A DNA stretch of 63,890 nucleotides, filler included, from Octopus bimaculoides (taxonomy: Eukaryota): assembly GCF_001194135.2 (NCBI RefSeq). It is 4 parts of 4 records of this genome, joined end to end, with 100 filler letters (N's around TTAATTAATTAA, not from the genome) between each part and the next. Parts side by side here need not be neighbours in the genome. Positions count along the whole stretch, not along the records: positions 1 to 19,435 come from NC_068985.1; positions 19,536 to 50,366 come from NC_068994.1; 2 more parts are not named here. One strand, given 5' to 3'. Below the pieces are notes generated by a model, which saw only the letters and a list, made by a program, of their open reading frames with translations, had not been told where the DNA came from and did no database searches. The position numbers and the translations under genes are program-made. This document shows positions 11,881 through 25,501 of the stretch, piece after piece. Positions within the stretch are counted from its first letter, which is position 1; every line of letters starts with the position of its first letter.

Positions 11881-12592
11881 CGGCCATCTCGCTTTAGCAG
11901 AAGTGTAGGGGAATGAAAAATGGGAATGGATTTAACCAAAAGAAAATCAGTGCTGTAATGAAGATGTACAAACCGAGTAGCGAGTAAGTCATGTGACAAC
12001 TGTGTTTGTCAGTCTGTCTGTCTGATATATANNNNNNNNNNNNNNNNNNNNNNNNNNNNNNNNNNNNNNNNNNNNNNNNNNNNNNNNNNNNNNNNNNNNN
12101 NNNNNNNNNNNNNNNNNNNNNNNNNNNNNNNNNNNNNNNNNNNNNNNNNNNNNNNNNNNNNNNNNNNNNNNNNNNNNNNNNNNNNNNNNNNNNNNNNNNN
12201 NNNNNNNNNNNNNNNNNNNNNNNNNNNNNNNNNNNNNNNNNNNNNNNNNNNNNNNNNNNNNNNNNNNNNNNNNNNNNNNNNNNNNNNNNNNNNNNNNNNN
12301 NNNNNNNNNNNNNNNNNNNNNNNNNNNNNNNNNNNNNNNNNNNNNNNNNNNNNNNNNNNNNNNNNNNNNNNNNNNNNNNNNNNNNNNNNNNNNNNNNNNN
12401 NNNNNNNNNNNNNNNNNNNNNNNNNNNNNNNNNNNNNNNNNNNNNNNNNNNNNNNNNNNNNNNNNNNNNNNNNNNNNNNNNNNNNNNNNNNNNNNNNNNN
12501 NNNNNNNNNNNNNNNNNNNNNNNNNNNNNNNNNNNNNNNNNNNNNNNNGTCAAATGACTAAAACAAGTAAAAGAATATATATATATATATAT

Positions 12593-12630
<38 letters not shown>

Positions 12631-13561
12631 TTATAATGCACACATTCCACGAGGACATTGATCTGCGCTGATCACTAACTATCGGTACATAATACATACA
12701 TACATCCATCCATCCATCCATCCATACATACATACATACATACATACATACACACAAATGTACGTATACGCATACATATATATTATATATATATATGTGT
12801 GTGTGTATGTGAGAGAGTGCATATATGGATATATGAATATATGCATGACTTCTTGTATGCATATATAAGTATGAATGTATGAATGTATGTATGTATGTAT
12901 GTATGTATGTATGCATGTATGTATGTGTGTGTGCCTAGCTATATGTAAATGATTCACGTAAATACATAAATAATCGTCTTTCTTTTCAATTATTTCCTTT
13001 GTATTATTTAATATTTTCTACACCTCCATCTCTATTCCACTCTTAAACACAAACAACTCTTCACACAGAAGAAACAATTTTTCCTCTATCATCTGATATC
13101 ATCTCTTAACAGACAACTGTTTGAAGTGTTTTTGCTGCTGATGTTGCTTTTGTATTGTTTGTTTGTTTGTTTGTTTGTTTGTTTGTTTGTTCGTATGCTT
13201 TTTTTTTATTTGTTTTTTTTTCTCCTTCTTCTTCACTCCTTCATCTCTTTCTTCTTGTTTCAATTTAGAATATTGTTTCATCTGAAGTGTCTCATATCAA
13301 ATCTTCAGCCTCTCAACATGAAACTACGACTACGACGACAGCCTCTCCACTGCCACCACCCCTACCACCACCACCACCACCACCAGCACCAGCACCAGCA
13401 CCAGTACTATCAGCAGCATTAACATCAACAGCAGCATCAGCAGCAATGCGACCGTCGCGACCACCAGCACTGTCGGAAGGCACTTCCACCGTTATAACCA
13501 GCATCACCACCATCATCACCATAATAATAACCTACAACACATTCAACCACCAATATATATA

Positions 13562-13625
<64 letters not shown>

Positions 13626-13628
13626 TAA

Positions 13629-13671
<43 letters not shown>

Positions 13672-14016
13672 NNNNNNNNNNNNNNNNNNNNNNNNNNNNN
13701 NNNNNNNNNNNNNNNNNNNNNNNNNNNNNNNNNNNNNNNNNNNNNNNNNNNNNNNNNNNNNNNNNNNNNNNNNNNNNNNNNNNNNNNNNNNNNNNNNNNN
13801 NNNNNNNNNNNNNNNNNNNNNNNNNNNNNNNNNNNTATATATATATATATATATATATATATGCATATATATATGTGTGTGTATATATATATACGTACAT
13901 ACATACAAAAATACCTAACTATGTATATATATATATATGTATATGAATGTATACACGTATATATGTATGCAAATTCGTACATATGAATATACATATACAT
14001 ACACCTATACATATAT

Positions 14017-14250
14017 TCTCTTATTCTTTTATTCTTTTACTTGTTTCAGTTATTTGACTGCGGCCATGCTGGAACACCGACTTTAGTCGAGCAAATCGAC
14101 CCTAGGACTTATTCTTTGTAAGCCTAGTACTTATTCTATCGTTCTCTTTTGCCGAACTGCTAGTTACGGGGACGTAAATTCACCAGCATCGGTTGTCAAA
14201 CGATGTTGGGGGGACTAACACAGACACACAAACATATAGACACACATATG
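14017..14250 (-). mobile_element. SINE family B, 3' half
   Basis: CTTTTACTTGTTTCAGT...GCGGCCATGCTGGAACACCG...GGTTGTCAA matches the other copies. Confidence 0.9.
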
Positions 14251-14256
14251 CCTTTG

Positions 14257-14289
<33 letters not shown>

Positions 14290-14429
14290 CACCCCCCACA
14301 TCTTTATTTCATGATATATGATAATATTTCAGCAATCATCTGCGAAAGTTGCGATGAAACAATTGTAGCATTATGCAATAAAATGTGTAACTCACTCGAT
14401 TCCCTACGTTAACACATATATATTTATAG

Positions 14430-14835
14430 GGTGACAAGGTGGCACACCGGGCACAATGCTTAGTGGCATTCCATCCGTTTTTACGTTCTGAGTTCAAATT
14501 TCACCGAGGTCAAGATTGCCTTTTTTCCTTTCAGGCTCAATAAAATAAGTACTAGTCAAGTACTTGAGGTCGATGTAATCGAATTACCTGCTTCCCTGAA
14601 ATTGCTGGCCTTGTGCTAAAACTAGAAACCAGTATGCATGTAGGTCGACTTATTGGCAGAATTGTTACCACGTCGGGCATTTCGCTTGTCTTTACTTTCT
14701 GAATTCAAATTTCGTGATGTCGACTTTCACCCTTTCAGGAACAATAAAATAAGTACCATTGAATGCTAGATTTGATGTAATCGACTAACCTCCGCTTTCG
14801 AAATTGCTGGCCTTGTGCCAAAATTTGAAGGCAAT
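14430..14835 (+). mobile_element. Two tandem decayed SINE family A copies
   Basis: Each has a B-box-like GAGTTCAAAT/GAATTCAAAT, the central AATAAGTAC..GATGTAATCGA and the tail AAATTGCTGGCCTTGTGC.AAA. Confidence 0.8.
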
Positions 14836-15574
14836 ATTTATATATGTATGTATATATGTATATGTGTGTGTGTGCGTGTGTGTGTCTACATATACATATA
14901 CAGATATATGCATACATACTTATACGACGGGCTTCTGAACAATTTTCGCCAACCAAATTCCTAAGTATTGGTCAACCTGAAATTTTAGCACAAAACAATT
15001 GTCTAAGTCAGTGCTTCTCAACCAGGGTGAAAATGGCCTCTGTGAGTGCATATAAGGTTTATGAGGGTCCACAATAAAATTTTAAGGGCCCCTGAAACAA
15101 TTTTACATTAGATGTGTGTATTGGTATGTATTACAAGAAACAGCCAGGTTTCTTTCTCTAACATCTTACATAATTCAAACTACACAAGTTCATGTGTGAA
15201 AAGTAAAATACGAATTTTGAAAGAAATTTCTATAAAACTAGTATTTTAACATCAAATGCCTACTGAAATCCATCAGAATAAAATAGTAATTAAAGGGGTC
15301 CAATGACAAAAAAAAAAAATGGTTGAGAATCCCTGCTCTAAGTTGTCACACACTGGGTAAGAATGCGGAGTTACGTGGTTCAGAAGCTATCATATGAACT
15401 TGCTGTTGTGCGCATGTGTAGATATGTGTGTATCTTTATGTTTGTATGTATATTCTGTGCATGGAAAGAAAATTAAATTCCTTTTTTTTTGCTCGTTTTC
15501 ACAGGACGGCTTTTAAACCTGCAGATATATATATTCACTTAATATTTTGTCGTTTCTTTTTATTTTTTATTTTA

Positions 15575-15758
15575 CTTTTTTCAGTCACTAGACTGGTCAT
15601 GCTGGAACACTACCTTGAATTTTTAGGCGAATGAATCGACCCCAGTACTTTCATTTTTTCAAGCATAGTATTTATTCTATTGGACATCTTTTTGCCGAAC
15701 CGCTACATCACAGGGGACGTAAACATACCAACACCGGTTGTGAAGCCGTGGTGGGGGA

Positions 15759-15794
<36 letters not shown>

Positions 15795-15962
15795 GAGACA
15801 CTCACACACACACACACATATACGACGAGCTTCTTTCAGCTTCCGTCTACCGAATCCACACACAAGCACTTGGCCGGCCCCAGGTTATAGCAGAAGACAC
15901 TTGCCTACTGTGTCACACAGGGGAACTGAACCCTGAACCATGTGGCTGGGAAGCAAGCTTTG
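15575..15962 (-). mobile_element. SINE family B with internal (CA)n
   Basis: Both halves present, separated by a CA-rich microsatellite. Confidence 0.9.
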
Positions 15963-16385
15963 TGCCCTGCGTAAATATTTATCATTTAACACACGCACAC
16001 GCACACACATACACGCGTGCGCGCGCATTAACTGCTATGAACACCATATCAGCAAACAGTCATCATCATCAATAAGAATAAAATAGAATAAAATTAGAAT
16101 AAATAACCTCTACTTACTTTTAAGCAAAGCCGCGCGTGCGTACTGCGACCACCTAATCCTCCGTCCACCATTACCCACCACCACTCCTACTACATCTTTA
16201 ATGGAAATCTCTTCAACGCTTCAAAGTTGACAGCTTTTAGTTTATTTACAGCTGTTTCTTTCTATTTGCTTTCCCCTTTCTTTGTTTTCATTATATGTTT
16301 GCCTTTCATTCTTTCTGCTCTTCATTTTCTCTTTCATTTTATTTCTCTCTTTATGCATTTCTTTTCATCTACATCGACACACATG

Positions 16386-16446
<61 letters not shown>

Positions 16447-17063
16447 NNNNNNNNNNNNNNNNNNNNNNNNNNNNNNNNNNNNNNNNNNNNNNNNNNNNNN
16501 NNNNNNNNNNNNNNNNNNNNNNNNNNNNNNNNNNNNNNNNNNNNNNNNNNNNNNNNNNNNNNNNNNNNNNNNNNNNNNNNNNNNNNNNNNNNNNNNNNNN
16601 NNNNNNNNNNNNNNNNNNNNNNNNNNNNNNNNNNNNNNNNNNNNNNNNNNNNNNNNNNNNNNNNNNNNNNNNNNNNNNNNNNNNNNNNNNNNNNNNNNNN
16701 NNNNNNNNNNNNNNNNNNNNNNNNNNNNNNNNNNNNNNNNNNNNNNNNNNNNNNNNNNNNNNNNNNNNNNNNNNNNNNNNNNNNNNNNNNNNNNNNNNNN
16801 NNNNNNNNNNNNNNNNNNNNNNNNNNNNNNNNNNNNNNNNNNNNNNNNNNNNNNNNNNNNNNNNNNNNNNNNNNNNNNNNNNNNNNNNNNNNNNNNNNNN
16901 NNNNNNNNNNNNNNNNNNNNNNNNNNNNNNNNNNNNNNNNNNNNNNNNNNNNNNNNNNNNNNNNNNNNNNNNNNNNNNNNNNNNNNNNNNNNNNNNNNNN
17001 NNNNNNNNNNNNNNNNNNNNNNNNNNNNNNNNNNNNNNNNNNNNNNNNNNNNNNNNNNNNNNN

Positions 17064-17106
<43 letters not shown>

Positions 17107-17138
17107 TATATATTATATAAATGTATGTATACATACAT

Positions 17139-17201
<63 letters not shown>

Positions 17202-17438
17202 CACACACAACAATACAACGTTCTATATTTAGCAAAGTTGCGAAGTGTGCGCGTTTGATGTAGCTCCAACGGGAATGTTATCTCTGTAATAACTTGAGGA
17301 AAGGTATCTAAGAAATTGCTGGGGAAAAAAGTTGGGGAAAAGGCAAAGAACATAAAACAGCATATTTCAGAAAATTATAGACAGAAATGTAAAATAGCTG
17401 AAAGTGTTTGACGCGATGAAAATAAATATAAGTATACA

Positions 17439-17851
17439 TCTCTAATAATAAAGGCGAAATTTTGTCTGTCCGTCTGGTACCCCTGTATTTCAATCTACGT
17501 TTGCTCTAACGTTTTGGAATCAGGATGATTCCAGGATTGGAAATCTGCCCTTCATTCGATTCTTGAACATGCAGCATTGGGATCTGATTTAAAAGTATTT
17601 GGGTTTGCTATTTCTTGCATGTAAACCTTGGCTAATTCACGCCATTTTGGTTGGTGTTTGTTAGAGATCAAGAGGAGATAAATGACATTCGCTTCGTTAA
17701 TTTTACGTCGAGAAGAGAACTTTGGGACAAATTAGCCAACATTTGGAATTCTGCTTGGGACTGGAACAATGGAACGATTGCATTACAGAATTAATTCTCA
17801 TTCTTCTTTAACCTCTGAGTAAACACCACCGTAGTGCGGCTTTTAAGCTAG
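17439..17851 (+). mobile_element. Probable non-autonomous Helitron
   Basis: Begins A|TCTCTAATAATAAAGGCGAAATTTTGTCTGTCCGTC and ends with a short GC hairpin (CCGTAGTGCGG) then CTAG|T; these are the canonical Helitron 5'-TC and 3'-CTRR termini with insertion between A and T. Confidence 0.55.
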
Positions 17852-18046
17852 TATTCTATATATTTCGTATTGCAGGACAAACTCCTTTGTTTTTGACCAA
17901 ATTGCGACGGAGCAAATGCACATCTTGAGGGTTGCGGCGGAATTTTGAAATCTAAACTTCAGTTACTGGCCTACAGCGAAATATTCACGAAATCCTCTAT
18001 GACTTTCAGAGGTATTTACAATATAACATGTGTATTGATGTTAAAG

Positions 18047-18250
18047 ATAATGGCTTCAAATTTCGGCACAAAGTCAACAAGTACGGGGGAGAGTAAGTCG
18101 ATACATCGACCCCAGTGCACAACTGGTACATATTGAATCCACCCCGAAACGATGAAATGCAAAGGTGGAATTTGAACTCAGAACGTACAGACGGACGGAA
18201 TGCCGCCAAGCATTTTGCCCGCCGTGTTTACGATTCTGCCAGCTCGCTGC
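18047..18250 (-). mobile_element. SINE family A
   Basis: Reverse complement starts GCAGCGAGCTGGCAGAATCGT, with B-box GAGTTCAAATTCC. Confidence 0.85.
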
Positions 18251-18545
18251 ATTTTTGATATAAAAGATAATGGAAAATATTTTGTTGGTACAAGGAGAAT
18301 ATCTTAGCTTTAGCGAAGATAAGTATTTCAGAGAAATAAAAATAGAATTGTAAACCGCTTGCTTGAAGGAGAATAAATCAGATTGTGCATACATGAAAAT
18401 AGACAGTCATATTCTTTATCTCTAGAATTCCTGAACAAAACATTTTTTCTTATAAAAGGAAGCCGCGTCATATGCAGATTTGCAACATTAATTGAAGCGT
18501 TATATGTAGCTAAAATTTGAATGTTCACTGAAAGTTCACACACAC

Positions 18546-18576
<31 letters not shown>

Positions 18577-19025
18577 NNNNNNNNNNNNNNNNNNNNNNNN
18601 NNNNNNNNNNNNNNNNNNNNNNNNNNNNNNNNNNNNNNNNNNNNNNNNNNNNNNNNNNNNNNNNNNNNNNNNNNNNNNNNNNNNNNNNNNNNNNNNNNNN
18701 NNNNNNNNNNNNNNNNNNNNNNNNNNNNNNNNNNNNNNNNNNNNNNNNNNNNNNNNNNNNNNNNNNNNNNNNNNNNNNNNNNNNNNNNNNNNNNNNNNNN
18801 NNNNNNNNNNNNNNNNNNNNNNNNNNNNNNNNNNNNNNNNNNNNNNNNNNNNNNNNNNNNNNNNNNNNNNNNNNNNNNNNNNNNNNNNNNNNNNNNNNNN
18901 NNNNNNNNNNNNNNNNNNNNNNNNNNNNNNNNNNNNNNNNNNNNNNNNNNNNNNNNNNNNNNNNNNNNNNNNNNNNNNNNNNNNNNNNNNNNNNNNNNNN
19001 NNNNNNNNNNNNNNNNNNNNNNNNN

Positions 19026-19059
<34 letters not shown>

Positions 19060-19074
<15 letters not shown>

Positions 19075-19435
19075 GTGTTTGATGAATAAGGGAGTTAGCT
19101 CTCTTTGTGGCTCAAAGCTGATGGCAATGGAAAGGAGATTGTCAGTTTCTCAGTGACCTTTTTGGTTTGACACAACTGGAGGTAGTTGTATGCAAGGTAG
19201 AAACCTGGTAGAATGGAAATAAATTGACTGGAAGAAGATTTGCTAAGTGTAAGTTGCGTGGAATTGAGTGCAGATTAGTCAGCGAAGTCGTAGGCTTTCT
19301 CCCGGGAAAGTACTTCTTACAAAGCCATCGTTTTAGCAAAGAGGAGTGAAATAGGATTTTGCAAAGCTGGTGAAGGTTATTTTCGTATGAGACCAGAAAG
19401 ACTGATTGCAGTTTGGGAGGTGGGACACATCGAGT
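19060..19435 (-). mobile_element. CR1/L2-type LINE ORF2 fragment (between APE and RT)
   Basis: Frameshifted translation SFWSHTK..SFAKSYFTPL..DG...EKAYDFAD*SALNST resembles the conserved FW...K...PL...EKAxxFAxxFxxNST segment. Confidence 0.5.
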
Positions 19436-19535
19436 NNNNNNNNNNNNNNNNNNNNNNNNNNNNNNNNNNNNNNNNNNNNTTAATTAATTAANNNNNNNNN
19501 NNNNNNNNNNNNNNNNNNNNNNNNNNNNNNNNNNN
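19436..19535. other. Artificial scaffold spacer 44N-TTAATTAATTAA-44N
   Basis: Exactly 100 bp; the 12-mer gives a stop in all six frames; identical at three places. Confidence 0.9.
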
Positions 19536-19605
<70 letters not shown>

Positions 19606-19939
19606 TGAGAGAGAGCGTGTGAGATTACTTTCATGGTTTATTAGAATGAAGGTGTATCAACAATTAGGACACCAGGTCTGGCAGAGTACCAGAGCATTGA
19701 GTTCATTGTAAGGTAAAACAACCAATAAATGTCACTTGTTAAATGTTTACAGCAGGTAAGAACACGCGCGCGCACACGCACGCACACACACATACACACA
19801 CTTACATATATTGGTATATGAACCGTAAATCTGACCCAGGTTTTTAAAATTTTATCTGAGGAGGTTGGGGTTTTCTATGGTGCAATACCAGAATGCATCA
19901 ATAAATTGCTACCGAAACAGCTGTAGAAAAATGAAACCC

Positions 19940-19978
<39 letters not shown>

Positions 19979-20623
19979 CATAAACATTCTGTGCATACAT
20001 AGATAGGCATATATGCACATGTCCTCTATGGCCAGACAAACGTGAATAACAGTTTCATATTTAGGCACAAACCAGCGATTTTGATGAGTGACGGTTTAGT
20101 TGATACTTTATTTCACTGATACTTTATTTTTACGAATCAGATGGTCGACAAAGCCACTGTTGACCTTGACAGGTTTTGAATTCCGAAATTTAAGGCACTC
20201 TCGATTCCGTCAGTTAATTGCCTTCGAGTCAAACAGAAATAATACGCACAGAAATAACTGCAAGCTAAATATAATATAACCTCAGGGACTTCTACACAAT
20301 ATGCGGGGTTGTACGTCACTAAAGATAAAGAAGAACTAGAAATGCCACTCTGTAATTAAATTTACCTTTCCAACTTTCGTTTTGGATACCACCATGACGC
20401 TTTAAGGGAGTATCTAAGCGAATAATCGAATTGTGAGAAACAAATGTCAAATTCCATGGAACTGCATTCTACCGTTTTAAAAATACAATGACCTGGATAG
20501 TTCACACACACACACACACAAACACACACATGCACACACACACACACACTAACATACACATATATATAGTGAAAAGTAAATAGATATATAAGTATATTTA
20601 TGTTCATATATGTGCATAGATAG

Positions 20624-20657
<34 letters not shown>

Positions 20658-20899
20658 GTATGTATACATATAGATCTGACATGGGCGAGGAGAGAGATAA
20701 GAAGAAACGCGTCTCAATTCAAAGACCAACGTATGGTGGAATGATTGGAAGTAGGAAGATGTTGCTAAAGGTGTGAGTGGCAAAGGAGAGGACAGCAAGG
20801 GGTGACTTGAGGCATGATTAGCAAGTGGGACAACTGGGTACCTGACATATGCGCACCTGTCCCGTTCTCTTAAAAAACGCCGTCTTCACCAATACTCAC

Positions 20900-21146
20900 C
20901 ACCGTTCCTTCGCCGTCACCGAGTCCTTCCCTTTCACCTCCAGTAATCTCATTTACTTTATCTTCTGTTCTCTTTGCCACTCCCGGTACATTGAACAGCG
21001 CGGGTGGGAGCAAGCGAAAGAGCCAGGAAGAGAGAGAGAGAGAAAGAGAGATAGAGATAGAGAGAGAGGGAGACTGGGAGACAGGAAAGTTAGAGAGAGG
21101 AAGAGAAAAAGAGAGAAGTAACCAGGCAGACGGTCCCTCATTGGCT
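20900..21146 (-). promoter_or_regulatory. Candidate minus-strand promoter and first exon
   Basis: NF-Y-like AGCCAATGAG (21137-21146), then a (CT)n tract, a CpG-rich stretch and a G|GTGAGT donor at 20899; no downstream exon identified. Confidence 0.25.
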
Positions 21147-21724
21147 CGTTTTATTTTTTCATCGTTTTCCTCGATGCAGGAGTGGTAAGGGTGACATGGT
21201 GCAATATATCAATGTCATACAGCAACAAACGTGACAATGCAACCTCGAAGAATTTACTGGAAGAACGAAACATGACCGCAAATCCTAAGAGAGGTGTGGA
21301 GAGGAGGATAAGTCTACAATCCTATTATTAATCATGTTTATTGATCAGTTAGTCTGTCAGATTCCATTCTATTGGAATTCAACAAAGAATGAAACTTAAT
21401 AAAGGAGGTATATTAAAGTCAAATTTATCGAATCCTTTGAAGATAAACTTTTAGAATCTAAGATTCTATAGAAAGTAAATTTCTGAAGTCAACAATTGTT
21501 CAATATCGAATTGATATTTTCGTCCTGAGTACATCTGAAGTAATTTTAGTAAAAGTCTCTGTTTAGTAATCGCTTAGTTCGTGTGTGGTATGTGGTCCAG
21601 TTTTGTTTTGGCATCATATTGAAAATGTAATATACTCCAAATGGCAAATTCTAGGCAGGAGCTTCTCTCAGGGTCCTCTCTCTTTCTCTCTCTGTCTCTC
21701 TGTTTCTTTATATATATATATGTG

Positions 21725-21855
21725 TTCCTTTCTGTTGAAAAGCGTGGGCTCGAAGCGTAAAAGATTTTCTCACCTTCCTGAGCGTCAAACTAATACACCT
21801 GCTTGTTGTTTATACACCTGTCTTCGTCCTTTATTTTTCTGTAAATTTCAACTAT
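21725..21855 (+). mobile_element. Short TA-flanked repeat (Penelope pLTR-like) with degenerate hammerhead-like motif
   Basis: Shares ..AAACTAA.ACAC.TGCTTG.TGTT.ATACACCTGTCTTCGTC with 45105-45205; motif CTTT-CTGTTGA..AGC-GTGG-GCT-C-GAAG-CGTA-AAAG. Confidence 0.4.
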
Positions 21856-22986
21856 ATATATATATATATATATNNNNNNNNNNNNNNNNNNNNNNNNNNN
21901 NNNNNNNNNNNNNNNNNNNNNNNNNNNNNNNNNNNNNNNNNNNNNNNNNNNNNNNNNNNNNNNNNNNNNNNNNNNNNNNNNNNNNNNNNNNNNNNNNNNN
22001 NNNNNNNNNNNNNNNNNNNNNNNNNNNNNNNNNNNNNNNNNNNNNNNNNNNNNNNNNNNNNNNNNNNNNNNNNNNNNNNNNNNNNNNNNNNNNNNNNNNN
22101 NNNNNNNNNNNNNNNNNNNNNNNNNNNNNNNNNNNNNNNNNNNNNNNNNNNNNNNNNNNNNNNNNNNNNNNNNNNNNNNNNNNNNNNNNNNNNNNNNNNN
22201 NNNNNNNNNNNNNNNNNNNNNNNNNNNNNNNNNNNNNNNNNNNNNNNNNNNNNNNNNNNNNNNNNNNNNNNNNNNNNNNNNNNNNNNNNNNNNNNNNNNN
22301 NNNNNNNNNNNNNNNNNNNNNNNNNNNNNNNNNNNNNNNNNNNNNNNNNNNNNNNNNNNNNNNNNNNNNNNNNNNNNNNNNNNNNNNNNNNGAAAGATCT
22401 CGATGAACCATATCTAAATTGTAGCGGGGGGGCGGGGGGGGGGCAAAACCAAGAATAATCATAACCACTCGCTTGTGCCATCTCCAGTTGTCTTTTCTCG
22501 TAGTAGTGACCACACGTGACACTCATGTAAAATGTCGCTGACCATAGTAACTTGTAATTGAGCAAAATAATCAGGCAAGAGGTCAGAATCCAGTACAGAG
22601 AAGGTAATCAATACAATATAATAACTGACCACATTGCGTCTGGTTATTCAGTCCTTTCACATTCCATTCGTGACCATCATGTGTTTTGCTTCGTGTGAAG
22701 ACCTAAGAACACATAATGTCAGGAGGCAATGATATGAGGGAGATGTGGCTACTATTTTTGGTAGATCGAGAAACTAGAGAGTGATTCGATGAATCTGCTT
22801 CGGCGCAATTGTCCCTCTGTGCATTTGCTGCGATGTATTTCGTCCATGGCTTTGTTGTAGTTATTCTTGTTGATGCGCGTGTAGTGCCGCCTGTATGCGT
22901 GTTTCGTGGTATGGATGTGCATTTGCTGTGCGTTTCACGTGCATCTTTGCATTTCTCTCTCGCGTTCTCTCTCGCGTTCTCTCTCG

Positions 22987-23044
<58 letters not shown>

Positions 23045-24464
23045 NNNNNNNNNNNNNNNNNNNNNNNNNNNNNNNNNNNNNNNNNNNNNNNNNNNNNNNN
23101 NNNNNNNNNNNNNNNNNNNNNNNNNNNNNNNNNNNNNNNNNNNNNNNNNNNNNNNNNNNNNNNNNNNNNNNNNNNNNNNNNNNNNNNNNNNNNNNNNNNN
23201 NNNNNNNNNNNNNNNNNNNNNNNNNNNNNNNNNNNNNNNNNNNNNNNNNNNNNNNNNNNNNNNNNNNNNNNNNNNNNNNNNNNNNNNNNNNNNNNNNNNN
23301 NNNNNNNNNNNNNNNNNNNNNNNNNNNNNNNNNNNNNNNNNNNNNNNNNNNNNNNNNNNNNNNNNNNNNNNNNNNNNNNNNNNNNNNNNNNNNNNNNNNN
23401 NNNNNNNNNNNNNNNNNNNNNNNNNNNNNNNNNNNNNNNNNNNNNNNNNNNNNNNNNNNNNNNNNNNNNNNNNNNNNNNNNNNNNNNNNNNNNNNNNNNN
23501 NNNNNNNNNNNNNNNNNNNNNNNNNNNNNNNNNNNNNNNNNNNNNNNNNNNNNNNNNNNNNNNNNNNNNNNNNNNNNNNNNNNNNNNNNNNNNNNNNNNN
23601 NNNNNNNNNNNNNNNNNNNNNNNNNNNNNNNNNNNNNNNNNNNNNNNNNNNNNNNNNNNNNNNNNNNNNNNNNNNNNNNNNNNNNNNNNNNNNNNNNNNN
23701 NNNNNNNNNNNNNNNNNNNNNNNNNNNNNNNNNNNNNNNNNNNNNNNNNNNNNNNNNNNNNNNNNNNNNNNNNNNNNNNNNNNNNNNNNNNNNNNNNNNN
23801 NNNNNNNNNNNNNNNNNNNNNNNNNNNNNNNNNNNNNNNNNNNNNNNNNNNNNNNNNNNNNNNNNNNNNNNNNNNNNNNNNNNNNNNNNNNNNNNNNNNN
23901 NNNNNNNNNNNNNNNNNNNNNNNNNNNNNNNNNNNNNNNNNNNNNNNNNNNNNNNNNNNNNNNNNNNNNNNNNNNNNNNNNNTATATGCAAGCAAATGTA
24001 TTATTTAATTGTCATGTATTGGAGTTTTACAATGAAGTCCACAGCGGCACACGTGATGGAAACTCGGAAATATTAAAACAAAATAAAGCAAAACGAACAG
24101 AAATCTTTTTATTTTTTTAAACTGAAAATCTTGATAATTGATAATTGATAATTGATAATTTTGGTTTAGCATTATTATGAGAACCATTATTCATCACGAC
24201 TGGGAAGATATAACAATAGAAATATTCCTGCTAACAAAAATATGTGCAAATAGAACAGGAATTATAAATGGTAAAAAAGAAAAAAAGGAAGAAATGAAAG
24301 GATCTTTCTTCAAATACGTTAGGAAGAAACTGAAATTTATAAAACTTAAGAATTTTTCTCAGAAATGAAAAGTTCACAGAAGAAACTTATATGTTTGGTT
24401 TGAGGAAGATAAGTTGATGAGATTACATTGTAGCTGTTCCCTCGCTGCACGTCATTTTATTTAA

Positions 24465-24529
<65 letters not shown>

Positions 24530-24532
24530 CAT

Positions 24533-24690
24533 GTGCAGGCGTACCTTTGTGGTAAGAAGCTTGCTTCCCAACCACATGGTTCCGGATTCAGTTCCAACGC
24601 GTGTATTTTACTATAACTTCGGGCCGACCAAAGCCTTTTGAGTGGATTTTGTAGACGGAAACTGAAACAAGCACGTCGTATATATATATA
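24533..24690 (+). mobile_element. SINE family B, 5' half
   Basis: GTGGTAAGAAGCTTGCTTCCCAACCACATGGTTCCGGATTCAG head followed by (TA)n. Confidence 0.9.
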
Positions 24691-24702
24691 TANNNNNNNN
24701 NN

Positions 24703-24746
<44 letters not shown>

Positions 24747-25029
24747 TTACTATAACTTGAACAAAAGTGTACGTACGCCACTATATGTTTATATAAATGA
24801 ATAAAAAAAATGGAAAAATCGCAATGGAAGGAAGCTTGCCCTATTTTTATAGGGACTTCATGGCTCAAATTAGTATATGTTTTGAATAGGGTTTGATTAG
24901 TAGAGGACAGTCACATGACTGGTCTTAGAACTTTTCGTATGTTCCCCACTACGTTCGTGTGTTCGTATCAAGTGACAATGGGTTAAAGTTAAATGATAAT
25001 ATTTAGCGTCGTAAGTTAAGGCTGACACG

Positions 25030-25501
<472 letters not shown>

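Noticed and set aside
13287-13628. Proline-rich ORF with an upstream acceptor-like site
   Set aside because: Built from CCA/GCA repeats, has no donor, and runs into (TA)n.
22424-22444. G-run that could form a quadruplex
   Set aside because: Simple poly-G next to a gap with no supporting context.
24131-24158. (TTGATAA)4 as a GATA-site cluster
   Set aside because: Perfect short tandem in very AT-rich DNA; slippage is sufficient.
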